This document shows positions 1 through 12,109 of a stretch of DNA of 64,000 bases, piece after piece. Location of the stretch: contig CM052817.1 of assembly GCA_028534125.1 (NCBI GenBank), positions 60,204,001 through 60,268,000 on the forward strand. The letters run 5' to 3'. Every line of letters begins with the position of its first letter. Positions within the stretch are counted from its first letter, which is position 1. A program made the translations under genes and the position numbers. The notes under the pieces are model-generated. The model had not been told where the DNA came from, did not search any database, and saw only the letters and a program-made list of their open reading frames with translations. Origin of the DNA: Lama glama (lineage: Eukaryota).

Positions 1-1280
1 TTTTTTCATGTTTTTATGCACTTTACCATATCACTGCTAAAAGTAAAACAGTTTTCTGAAGAAGTTTCATTTAGTGTATTGAGGATATTCTATTTTAGGC
101 TCCTTAACTTTTTGCACAGTGAAATCCGAAATCATTTTATATTTCTAAAAGGATACATAGCTTTAAGTTCATAAAAGAGAAGGGTGTAGTACACATGGTG
201 TTCATCTGTTCAGCAGCAAAAAGGTCAAGAAGCTAAATGAATATGCCCTCAAGTCTACAAGTGAAAAATAGACCTTGTAAGCAAGAGAGACACTAAGATA
301 TTAAATTTGAAACAGGTAGCACTTCAGAACCTCAGCTGCAAAACGACATTTGTAAAATGCATTTCCCATATAGTATATTGGCAATTTTTATGCATTTTAG
401 TTACATAGGTAGTGGATTGATAAGTACAGAAAGAATGTGTATCATTTTAAATGGACCTTATTCTAGAAAAATAAAAATGAAATATTATTATAGTTGTTAG
501 CAGTTATAAAGAAACAAAAAACATTTATGACAGTAGAGAAAACCAAATAATCCTTGAACATGAAATGTTTTAATATAATTTCTGATTTTTAAAAATTGAT
601 ACTTTCATTGAGTGGTGTTTAAATTTGACAATATTATTTCTTTAATTATAAAAACATTGTATCATAGGGGCAGGGAGTGCAAACTCCTTTAGAATTACAA
701 ATATAAAAATACAGTTTCTTAAACTTTGAAAAGCAATGAATCCTTCCTCCAAAAAACTGTACATACTCACATTTCGCAGAAAAATTAGCAGTTTAGTGAG
801 AATCTTAAACTAGTTTTACCTACCCACAATACCTGTAGCTATTTTTGAAACCTAGAATAGAAACTGCTGTGGAAGTTTAGGAGATTTGTTTTATTTATTC
901 ATCTATGAATAAAATGTTGATTCTAACTTTGATTCATTGAAGAGGATGACTTTGTGGCTTAAGACTATATACTGAGAGTGATAATTATCAATACTAATAA
1001 AGTATATGAAAATTGCACCCTAATGTTAAAATTTCTATTTCTTCAGTTGTGACACAGGAAAAAATCATATTTCACTTGAATATATATGAAAATATTTTGT
1101 TACATTTTATTAAAATCGAGTTTGAAGCAAATCATAGACTGCTTGTCCTATCACTTTGGTTCTATGAAAAGAATCATACGGAAAATAACTTGGAAATTAG
1201 ACCTGCCTGGTAAAAAGCGGGAAATAATAGAATACAGCAATTAGGAGGCTTGTGTTTTAGTGCTACCCTGGGCTCCTCTT

Positions 1281-1313
1281 TTATTATTATTATTATCATC
1301 ATCATTATTATTA
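1281..1313. repeat. (TTA)n/(TCA)n compound trinucleotide microsatellite
   Basis: ttattattattattatcatcatcattattatta read directly. Confidence 0.85.
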
Positions 1314-2579
1314 CCACCTTTTTTGGCCTTGTAACAGCTCACATTTTCCAACTCAGTATATTCACCCAAATGGTGCACACATCTAGAAGACAATAGTAAA
1401 TGCGATTTTTATGTAAACTCCCTTCTCTTTTATTTCACTTTCATCTTTCAAGGGACTTCATGAACTCATACTGGAATCCACCCATCCTCATCAATGTTCT
1501 TTTTCTCTGGGCTTAAGTTACGTAGCTTGCTGCTATTTCATGTGCTTCCTTAGAAAAATGCAACACTTGGATACAAGAATTGTGTTTCATTGTGGCTTTT
1601 GACAAAGTTTTGGATTCATAGTATATATTTAGACAGTGATGAATAATCTGATTGAGTGAGCTAATTCTCTGAATTAAAAAAAAAAGGCAAAAACAATGAA
1701 TAATCGTGTCATTAAAATGTTACTCCATATCCCAAAGACTAGAGAATAAAATGAATTAACTCAAATTCTGTAAAAGGAAATTTCTCCCCCTTCAGAAAAA
1801 TAAACACCACCATTTAGCCACACTTTCATTAGAAATTGATGGTGTTTTCTGCTTATGAATAAAGAATTATTTTTTAAAAATTATCACTAGCAGGTCCACT
1901 CATCATCCATATCATACTAAACTTGAACAGTATTTTAGAAGTAGAAAAGGTTTGATCCAAAATATATTATAGTTAATTTTATACATATAGATTAAGTTAA
2001 TTTTTCAAATACAATGAGTAAATATTCACAAATATATCTCTGGATTCTGTTAGAATCAGAATATGTGTTGGATATTCTTTCCACTGTGCATTAAATAATG
2101 TAATTCTGGATATTTGATAATATTTAATATGTCCTTACAAAGTTAAAAATGTCAACACTATTTTTCCCCTATATTAAAGAGCCGTGAGTTAGAATAGATT
2201 ATATGTGGAAATTTTTACTAAATAGTTTATTGGGCACAAACATGGTAATGACTTCCCTTGCTGTGTGCAGAATTTGTAAAAGTGTATTGTCTTTATCTTA
2301 ATAATGACTTATACCATGTCTTTATCTTAACACTTGGGAAGTAAACATATTTCTGTATTCTTCAAATAGCACTTCTCTATTCTTTGGAAATATGATTTAT
2401 CATTTTATTCTCAATTGATGATTTTGAAGCTTAAAAATTATCTTTGTCTCTGCGTTTCTAGAGAATATGACAAGTTTTAGGCTCCTTTAATGCAAAATTG
2501 ACTGCTGTACCCTGGCTGGCTATTTAAAAATCAAATATACTTTTCATAGAAACATTACAAGGGTATTCTCAGAAACCTG

Positions 2580-3010
2580 CTATGCAAGAGCCAAAATCTG
2601 ATAACACAAGAGTGCATCAACAGGAGAATAAATATATTACTTGTATCATATTAGCAGAGTAGAATACCACAAATCAATGAAAATGAATCATGACTACAGA
2701 AATATGGATGAATCTCACAAACATATGATAAGCGAACGAAGTCTGATGCCAAACGACGCGTAGTTTATGATTCCATTTGAGAAAAAACTTAAGTGGCAAA
2801 TTAATCTGTGGTATTAGACATCAGAATAGTGGTTACTCTGGGAAGAATATAATGAGTGGAAGGGGATACAAAGGATTTTCTGGAATAGTAATGTTTTTTT
2901 GATCTAGGTTTTGCTTATGTAGGTAATTATTTTTTGTAAATATTTAAGTTTACAATATGAATTTTGTCCTTTTTGGTATGTATATAATACTTTCTTTAAA
3001 AGTTTTCTTA
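2580..3010 (+). mobile_element. Ancient LINE-1 3' end (L1ME-like)
   Basis: Hallmark L1 3' motifs atatggatgaatctcacaaacat, tatgattccattt and tcagaatagtggttactctggg; highly diverged. Confidence 0.75.
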
Positions 3011-4686
3011 AAAAATGAATATATCACCATTTTTGCACTGTGTATCATTTAAGCCTAATATACATGTGATAGTATCATATAATTACTATGTATTAACCTT
3101 TATGTATGTTAAGTTAAATTTATATATTTTTATCTACTTTTATATTCTCCAATGGAACACTCTCAATGTATAATGATTGTCCTTGCCCCTTTTAAAGAAT
3201 GAAAAAATTGAGAATTAGATATATTTAATATATCATGAAATTATAGGATAGCTTATCAATGATGTTTATAAATTTTGGTCTCTTTTTGTTACTGAAGAAC
3301 CAATAGGCGTATTCTGATAGTTGAATATATGTTTTCAATAACAAATCTATTTTCAGGAAATCCTTTAAATGGATGTCCCATCCAGAATTTTTTAAATACA
3401 GCTTTTCTTGTTGCTATTTTTTGAAGTTGCAAAACAAGTCAGAATCAGATTTTTTTAAAGATGAAAATTCAAATAATTTCTGCTACTACCACATTTTGTT
3501 AAGAACTCAGGAAAAAGATCACTGCTTTTTTCCTTATAAATAATTTAGAATACTGATTTCTCTTCTGTAATTTTTTTCTGTTATAAATGCCAATAAAAGT
3601 GGTAAAATATATTAGGAAAAATACCCCAAGACATAGTTGGAGAGTTAAATACATTATACCTACTACTTTGGCAATAGAAAAATAGTGGATGATCTGTAAT
3701 TATGGGTAGCCACTTGGATATTTACCAGTTAAGCAGTTAATGAGCCCTTCTGCTGTAGCATTAAGGAGACTATTACACTAAAATGAACTTATCAAATCCA
3801 CTAGATTGACAACATGCTGATTTTACTGTGGATGTAGGAGAAATTGTGACAATTTCTAAAATCTAAGATGTGTATGTTGAAGGGAAAGTACCTCACTTTT
3901 TCAGATATTTAAAAAATTCATCTTCCAAAACACTGCCACGTGGACAAGCCTTAGAGCAGTAGATTTTGAAGATGCATATGTCCACGCCATGCTATTGCAT
4001 GAAGTTACACTTTCCTAGCTACACTCATTGCTTTGTAGCCCTGAGGGGGAAAAAAATCCAGCATGACAAAGTGTGCCATCTCTCTAAAACATGCATCTCC
4101 GAGATTCTGAAGAATTTAAGACATTCTTCATCTACCCTCCTTCCTAGTCTTTCTTTTAACACTGATTAAAATACTTTGCATGGCTTATTACAACACATTT
4201 TTGCCTGTATTATTACAGCTCTGAAATAAGATCTTCTGTTGTGGCTTCATCATATTAATGTGAAGGCTTCTTACTGAAGCTGGCATTGCACGTTCTGTGT
4301 TGTTCCTGAGCTGCTTTATTGGTTCCCTTTTTCCTGTACCGTAGATAGATCGTGTAGAACAGCCTTCCCCCAAATTTAAAGAGCTCTTTCTTTTAGGCAG
4401 GAGTGTTTCCACACTTTCAGCATATGACTTTAGTTTACCAAGGATGTAGAATTAATTACCAAGGGTGCAGAGTAAACGATAAACACAATTGTCTCTATTC
4501 AAATTAGTTTAAAGTTTGCTACCCATTGCTGAAGTGTTGTCAGTAGAATTCATCCCCACATAAAGAAATGCCCTCAAAATTTAAAAGTTACTTTGAATAA
4601 AATTTGATTCATTGTTTAATCTAGGCACAGGATTCATATTCCCTGTCCCTCTTTCTCTGCATCTCCTTTGCCTGTTGCTCTCCTCC

Positions 4687-4712
4687 TCTCTCTCTCTCTC
4701 TCTCTCTCTCTC
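4687..4712. repeat. (TC)n microsatellite in a pyrimidine-rich tract
   Basis: Direct reading; explains the Ser/Leu run of the ORF at 4612-4800. Confidence 0.9.
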
Positions 4713-6991
4713 ACTTATCTCTCCGTCTCTGTCTCTATTACTGTTTCTACCTTCATTTCTCTGTTTCTCTGTATTGTCACACTCTGACCAGGGAACTTAA
4801 AAAAAATAAATGCCGAGATTTCTGTGTCAAGGTTAAAGAGACTCACTTAAGAAATTAGAGGTGTCATTCATGTTGAAAAACTTTATAAGAGATCTCTGGA
4901 GGCATGCACCAATGTATTAGCTTAGTACATGGAAAAATAAATTGAAAAAGAAAAGCCCTGAAGTAATGAGGCCTCACTATATCTTCAAAGCAACTTCCAT
5001 CTTTAAAAGAACAGAATTTCCTTTATCCACAAACAAATAGAAGGTAAAAACTAGGTGTGTAACAATATATTACTTTCTTTATGATATCGCCACATAAAAT
5101 GTGCAATCCAAACTAGATCAAATGACTTTAAAAAGTAACATTTATTTGCATAAATTCTTTGCAAATAATATATAGCTTTGTTTTTGTTTGTTTTGTTTTG
5201 TGGTTGGCAAGTCGGTACAGATTAAGAAACCACTGTAAACTAACTTGAAATTCCTATCTATGCATCCACTTGAAATACACTCAAACTTATATTTGCTAGT
5301 AACATATTAGAAATGAGTTTTTTTGTTGTTTTGTTTTGTTTTTTTACTTCAGTTTGGAAAGTTCTGCTTTCTGTTTTGACTGATTTCTTTTCACATCACT
5401 CCAAGGACACCTTCAAATTTTCTTCATTTGAATTATGACATTGTTTTTATTTCATTAATTTCACTAACACAGGTTCAAAGCGTCAAAAGTCAGTTATATG
5501 TATAATACAAGCTATCAAAACCCCCCATCATTTGTGTGTCTTTATAACATCACTGTAAATAGTCTAGACATTTTTCTTGCTACAAAATTAGAGCTGCAAC
5601 AGTAACTGTTGTCTGAGAGTGTGTTTAATTATGAACAAGGAAGATAACAAAACAAGATTTAATATTTCAGATTGTTATGGTGATATTAAAAGACTTTATT
5701 TTATTGAGTGACATTTCTAAAACAATTTTCAATGATGTAGATTAACTGTGCCCCTCGGGTATTTTGGTGCAAATAAATTAGAAGTGATTGATGTTCCCAC
5801 TAAACAAAGTAAGTATAAAGAAAATGCACTGATTTTTTTTCTCTTGTTAGTGAATATTTTGAAGAAGGTTAATTTCTTGCTAGAAATACAGATATTCCAC
5901 AACTACCTAGATGTTAAGTAACATGTTTTATACCTACGAAAGCTACTGTTTCTTAGTGCTGATCTGCGTGTCATATGTGAATCGGGACCTAGAATAAAGG
6001 ATGACTCTACTGACAAGAGAGAATGATTAGTAGTAGTTCATCATGGCAGTTACTTGTTGCTGTAAGAGGTTTCACATATTCCTTGATTTCTAATGGTTTC
6101 TAAACAGGGCCTATAGATTTGTAATGTAACAAATCACATTTCCAAGAATATCCAATGTAAGTGCTGAAAATATTCTGCTAAATAAAGTAGTAAATGGATA
6201 CTTACCAAATTGCAAGGCTTTTTCTACAATACAGTTGTTTACATGATGAATTTTAATGCTTTGGTATTGTAATTGTATCCCACCCCCCTAAAAAAATCAA
6301 ATACCTACATAATAGGATATTTGAAATAATAAAATAAGATAATGCATGTAAAGGCATCTTACTCATTTCACTTGGAAATAAATCAGCACAATTCAAGTCG
6401 ATTAGAGTCATGTTCAGGAACCACCCTATCTATGCCTTACATTAAGGCAAGCGTTTTCTATAGTTCAAGAGAAGCTTCATATCAAAAGAGAAATTCAAAG
6501 AGTACTACCTCTATCCTTGTTGTATGGGGAGCCTGTCAAGAATTGTGAAGAGTCTGAGGTTTTATCCTACTTGCTAACTTACAGCTTCTGCCAGTTTCAT
6601 GGATGCTGGTAGAAGACATGAGACTCCTGGGAGAGAGACAAAGCATGCTATCATTCAAGGAATCATAGCCAGAGTATAAGCATTTTCTTGTGTTACTTCC
6701 CAAGCTCTGATTCCCACAGGGTGGCACACACAGAGTCAGGTGATACCTGTACACAACTGGGTTGCATTTCAGGGCAGGAACCTTGACCATAAAGACAATA
6801 AATTTCTTACAGTAGTCAAGAGACATGCCTGCCCTTAAGCCTGAAGAGAGACATTATCTCCGAATAATAAGCATGCCTGCCCTTTGCTCCAGAGGGAGAA
6901 AGTGTTTCTACCTTCTAATGTTGTTTGTTATACATTTGAAAAGTAATTTCAGAAAGAAAAGGGCAATGGTTGCTTTGCTTATAAGACAAGC

Positions 6992-7145
6992 GGAAGGGGC
7001 AATGGTATAGCTCAGTAGCAGAGTGCATGTTTAGTATGCATGAGGTCCTGGGCTTGACCTCCATTGAAGATAAATAAATAAACCTAATCCCCCCACCCAC
7101 AAAAGGGCATATCCTTCATTTTAAGAAAAGGTAAAAAAAAAAAAG
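6992..7145 (+). mobile_element. tRNA-Ala-derived SINE (camelid Vic-1-like)
   Basis: ggtatagctcagtagcagagtgcatgtttagtatgcatgaggtcctggg followed by an aaataaataaa tail; A box present, T-arm/B box partly deleted. Confidence 0.8.
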
Positions 7146-7160
7146 AACAAACATTAATTC

Positions 7161-7221
7161 AGAGCTTAGCATGCGTGAGGTCCAGTGTTCAATCCCCAGA
7201 ACCTCCATTAAAAAAGAGAAA
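7161..7221 (+). mobile_element. 5'-truncated second tRNA-Ala-derived SINE (Vic-1-like)
   Basis: gcttagcatgcgtgaggtccagtgttcaatccccagaacctccattaaaaaag: AGC anticodon loop, B box and A tail. Confidence 0.8.
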
Positions 7222-7487
7222 AAGCCAGGCAGAAACGTGAGACCCACAGAGCATTGTTTCTTAGCAGAACCCACGCAAGTGCAGCTTGAAGATCACCTAT
7301 TCTACTAGCCCCATCAATTCAAACCAGCTTAGAGCTACTTAGGCCAATCACTTAAGCAAAATGGAACTAAAAATGGCAATTTACCCAAGAATTATTAAAA
7401 AAAAAAGGATTGAAATATATGCATGAATCAGTACAATTATATAATCTTTGATTTAGAAAATTTTAAGTCAGTTTTTGATGTTTATAG

Positions 7488-7537
7488 GTGAATTTTTAAG
7501 AGAATGTGGTCAACTCAGAAATAATCTGAGAGATCCG
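7488..7537 (+). CDS. Candidate 50-nt internal exon (only open frame: xEFLRECGQLRNNLRDP)
   Basis: Acceptor tttttgatgtttatag, donor CCG|gtaagt; unique sequence; peptide not recognised. Confidence 0.25.
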
Positions 7538-8724
7538 GTAAGTATGTTTCTCATGCATATTTTAGGCTCTCATACATGAAGAATTAAATATAAAGAAATA
7601 AAAGTGAGTGCAGAGTTTGGAGAAAGTATGCTGGGCCTATGTTCTGCAGTTTCATATATTTCTAAATTTTCTTGCCTTTATTGAATTTATGTAAATTCTC
7701 CTGCCTAACATTTACTTGAGATAGATCCTTGTGATTTAATTAAAGGAATGGTATTTGTGGCAGAGAATTGGAAAGCGATATTTAGCTTTAGTAGTTAATT
7801 AGCCACTGAACTAAAGGTCTGATCATTCTTCCAGTTTCACACTAAAATGAAAACACTAAACAAAACAAGTAAAAGGAAGAAATTACTTCCATTTCAAGCA
7901 AGTAAAGTTTTTAATAATTTTGTGATTTACAAAATTCTCTCAAGGTTTTTGTGGACATTCAAAATGCAAAGTAGTTGAGGCAGTTAATTCTTGAGAATCA
8001 TCGTTGACAATACATAGTAATGGTAACACTTCAATTTTTACCATCTAGAAATTGCAATAAACCAGTGAAATTCACCACCCCCTCTACAAAAAGTCCAAGT
8101 TAAATTGTTCCTCCTGCATTAGGCATTGCACTGAAACCTACCTGTTTTGCTTAAGTTTAATTTTGATTATCAAATCAATGTGATCAATGTATCTATTTCT
8201 TTACTCATTAGAAACAGAGAAAAAGCTTACTCTGTATGAAGCTTTAATCTTTAAAGAATCTATAGGAATATCAGCTTTAAACAACACTTTTCTTTTATTA
8301 AAGTAATATTATTAACATTACTGTAGAATGAATATTAACTGTCACTTCATACTCTTGGTCTAAAAAGTTTTTGACTTGAATGAAGATTGATAAACATTCT
8401 TTGGATACTTATTTTCTTACTTCCTTTCTTCATATTTGATGAAGTATTTGATACATATGAAGTATTTGGTACATACAAGTTGCTTAACAAATATCTGTTA
8501 AATATAAGTTGCTTTTTACTTAAGTCTGGGTTTTACAGAATCATAGTATCTTAAATTTGAAATAAACTTTTTTTCTTGTTTAACTGAATAATTTTGTTGA
8601 GAATCTGGAGAATTCCTCGTCCTTCCATCCCTGCCCCAGCCACCCCACCAAAGAAAGAAGAAAACACCTATTAAAGGTCTGTCATCAGATATTTTCAAAT
8701 GAATTGTAGTATTTAATTTTCATG

Positions 8725-8853
8725 ACTTTCACATAAATGAGAAAGCTGGAAGTCACAAAAAGTAAATGACTGACTAAAAATCACATAGCCAGAAAGGACA
8801 AAGATTCATACCCCAGCCTATCTGCACCCAAAGCTCTGTTACTTTTCACCACT
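8725..8853 (-). mobile_element. MIR SINE fragment
   Basis: aaatgagaaagctggaagtcac...aatcacatagcc...caaagctctgttacttttcaccact resembles the reverse MIR core and head. Confidence 0.55.
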
Positions 8854-9309
8854 TTATTTTATTTCTCAAAGTTTAAAGATTTTTCCCAGCATGGTACAGC
8901 ACTTTGCAGCACCTGTGGGCTTACACATCTGCTTCCTACTCCAACATTTCCATCTTCAATCATAATTTACTATTAAATGTAAAGTATTTTGTAAAACATA
9001 AACATTTGATTGCTTGATTTTATTTAATTTATATGTTTGCCTTGTTATAAATAAAGGATTAGAGGAGACTTAGATTTAGTTTGCTTTTGTACTTCTTTTT
9101 TATTGTTATGTGTCAAATTAAAAGAAATCAAACCAGACTATAAAGTCATGACTTACTATTTAGACAATTAGTAAAATTCCTTATTTCATTACCCTTTCAG
9201 CATTTTTTGTTTTTCACTTCTGCAACACCTAATACACAAAAAACTTTTATGAGTCATCCCTTCAACTGTGATTGTATGTGTGTGTGTGTGTATCTTCCTT
9301 CACATTTTA

Positions 9310-10290
9310 TCTCATAATCAGATTACTGTGAACATATATTCTTAAAAGTATTTTGTACAACTCAATAGCAAGAAAACAAATAACTTGATTTAAAGTTGGG
9401 CAAAGGACCTGAAAGAAATTTCCAAAGAAGACATACAGATGGCCAGTAGGCATATGAAAAGGTGTTACAACATAACTAATCATCAGAGAAATGCAGATCA
9501 AAACCACAATGAGATATCACCTCACACCTGTTGAGATGGGTATTATAAAAAGTCCAGAGATATCAAATGTTGGCAAGGATGTTGAAAAAAATGGAATGCT
9601 TGTGCCCTATTGTTGGGGATATAATTTGGTGGCCATTATGGAAAGAGGTTCTTTAAAAAAAATTAAAAGTGAAACTACCCTATGATCCATCAATTTCACT
9701 TCTAGGTATATACCCAAAGGAAATGATATTAGGATCTCAAAGAAATACCTGTACTCCCTTGTTTATTATAGCATTATTCACAGTAGTCAAGATAAGGAAA
9801 AAACCTGTGTCCATCAACAGATGAATGGATAAAGATAATGTGAGATTGTGTGTGTGTGTGTGTATATATATATGTATGTATATGTATGTATATATAATTC
9901 AGCCTTAAAAAAGAGGGAAATCTTATCATTTGTAATACTGTGGATTAGCCTGGAGAACATTATGCTGAGTGAAATAAGCCAGACGTAGAAAGACATATAC
10001 TGCATGATTTTACTTATATTTATGCAGTCTAAAATAGTTAAACTCATAAGCAGAGAATAGAATGGTGATTGCCAGGGAATGGAGAGTAGGAGAAATTGGG
10101 AGATGTTGGTCAAAGGGTGAGTGTTTTCAACACACACACACAAAACTTGTAACTGTGAGGTAATGAATTTGTTACCTAGCTTCATAGTGGTAGTCATTTC
10201 ACAGTGTATACATATATCAAAATATCATTGTACACGTTAAATATACATCATTTTTATTTGCCAATTATACATCAATAAAGCGGGCAAATT
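9310..10290 (+). mobile_element. LINE-1 3' fragment (ORF2 C-terminus plus 3'UTR, L1MA/L1MB-like)
   Basis: ORF 9491-9685 [14 protein letters not shown] is the L1 ORF2 C-terminal signature; ends ccaattatacatcaataaagc. Confidence 0.9.
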
Positions 10291-11523
10291 TTTTCCAAAA
10301 AAGTGTTTCAGTTGAAATCTGACATAATATTTGCATAACATATTATGAGAAGCTTGATGTAGAATGTACATTGACCACTGATTTATTTAATATTGTAAAA
10401 AATGATGTAATCAGTATTTCTTATTGGTTAAGTCAGTTCTACTGAGAAAATTATTTAGAATTCTGTGCTTTTAAAACTATACAAAGACCAGAGAAATATA
10501 TTTGAATATTGGGTTCTACACTGAAACTATTTTCAAGAATTTGACAGGTTCTCTATAAAGACTTAAAAAATTCAGCTTTGTGGATAAAAATAATGCTTTG
10601 AATGCTTAAAGAATGATTAAGTGTGCCATGAGACTGGATCATAGAGTTGAGGCTGCATAACTGCAATTTTCCAACCCTCTTTCTTCATAGTAGCGTCATA
10701 ACATTTTCCTCCACCTGGTCTCTTTTAAACTATCAAACTTCTGGCTAAAATTTAGAATGCTTTGGTCTATTGGGTACCAACACAAGCAAATACGAATTGA
10801 AAACTTCTTCCTTCCTCTGTCTTGACATTTCCTAAGTATTTTTATTTTTGGTTATGCTTTAAAAGGCCAATATTCCCTTAGAAATAGACTGTATATCATT
10901 TTAGATTGACTTTGTATGTGAAAGGGAGATAGCTCTCAAATTAGGAGGACAATGATTAATAATGTTAAAGAAGCACTGTCTGGTACATACAGAACCTAAT
11001 GCAGTTAGACACACTTTTTAAAAATGATGACTGTATGTTTATACAGCAAGTTTAAATTTTTCTTTTAATATTTGTAAATACTGAGTAGATAGAAATTTTA
11101 TTTTTTGAAAAACCGTCTTGAAGCTTGAAATGCTTTTTTCTATTTTAGAAACTTAAATGAGATCTACTGGAAGAAAATATTTGTATTGAAATATGTTATA
11201 CAAAGGAAATACACTTTTTAAGTTATAAAATGAATTTCCTACTTTTTTCTGATTGTGGCTTTTATTTTATAATCTTTACAAATAAATCATCATGAAACAT
11301 TTTGACACCATTATGTTCTGTTTTCATAGTAGTTCAAGTAATTAATAACTAAGTGAGGCCTCATTGACTTACAGATTGATTAAATGGTTGAATAGCTTAA
11401 AAACAGAAATATTTTACACTACAGCATTATCTGAGATTTATTTATGAGTCATGCCATTAATTATGTTGCTTGTTTCATGATATGAGAATTAAGGGTCTTT
11501 TTTTTTGTTTCTTTTATTTTCAG

Positions 11524-11612
11524 ATATTTGTAACATGAAAAAAAGATCCCCCAAAAAAGATCAGCAACAAATTTTCTCACTGTGGAAAAGTTTACATGAA
11601 ACTACCGTTTAG
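11524..11612 (+). CDS. Candidate terminal coding exon (phase 1: xICNMKKRSPKKDQQQIFSLWKSLHETTV*)
   Basis: Very strong acceptor tttttttgtttcttttattttcag at 11523; open frame to TAG 11610-11612 ending in the class I PDZ-type motif ETTV; no nearby AATAAA; not recognised. Confidence 0.25.
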
Positions 11613-11789
11613 TATTTGACAATGATTTCTAACCTTTCTGAGGTTACTCTTTTACTAGCAAACTTCAAAGCTGACTTTGTAGGGTTTTTGTTTGCTATTT
11701 GAAAGTTTAGTTCATTCAAAAATTTAATTCTATCTTAATTTCATAGTATTATAAGAGTTTTAATTATGAAATTTTAAGTGTATATATAC

Positions 11790-11998
11790 TTTATTTTTTA
11801 GAGCAGTTTTAGGTTCACAGGAAAATTAAGCAGAAGGGACAGAGATTTCTAAGGAACAGACCTGTTCCCACATATGGATAGCCTCCCACGTTATCAACAT
11901 TTGTTGATACATTTGTTAAAATTGGTGAACTTACAATGACACATAATCACCCAAAGTCTACAGTTTACATTAGGGTTCCATCCTATAGGTTTGGAAAA
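11790..11998 (-). mobile_element. LINE-1 3' end (L1MC-like)
   Basis: ttttttagagcagttttaggttcacag...cccaaagtctacagtttacattagggtt is a typical reverse L1MC 3'UTR. Confidence 0.75.
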
Positions 11999-12109
11999 TT
12001 AATCAGGTTTTTAAGGATACTACCTTAACCATTTTTCTACCTCTGGTCATGATTATATATAAACCTCTGAAGATGCATTGTTTCATCCTTGTTCTTCATT
12101 GAAACTTAG

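Larger units (their letters stand above)
6534..7266. mobile_element. Solo endogenous-retrovirus LTR (subfamily not assigned, probably reverse orientation), interrupted by SINEs
   Basis: Starts TG (tgtcaagaattgtgaagagtctgagg) and ends CA (gtttcttagca). Flanked by gagcc (6529-6533) and gaacc (7267-7271), a 5-bp TSD with one mismatch. Internal repeat catgcctgccctt occurs twice. Resembles eutherian MER/LTR consensus from memory. Confidence 0.65.
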
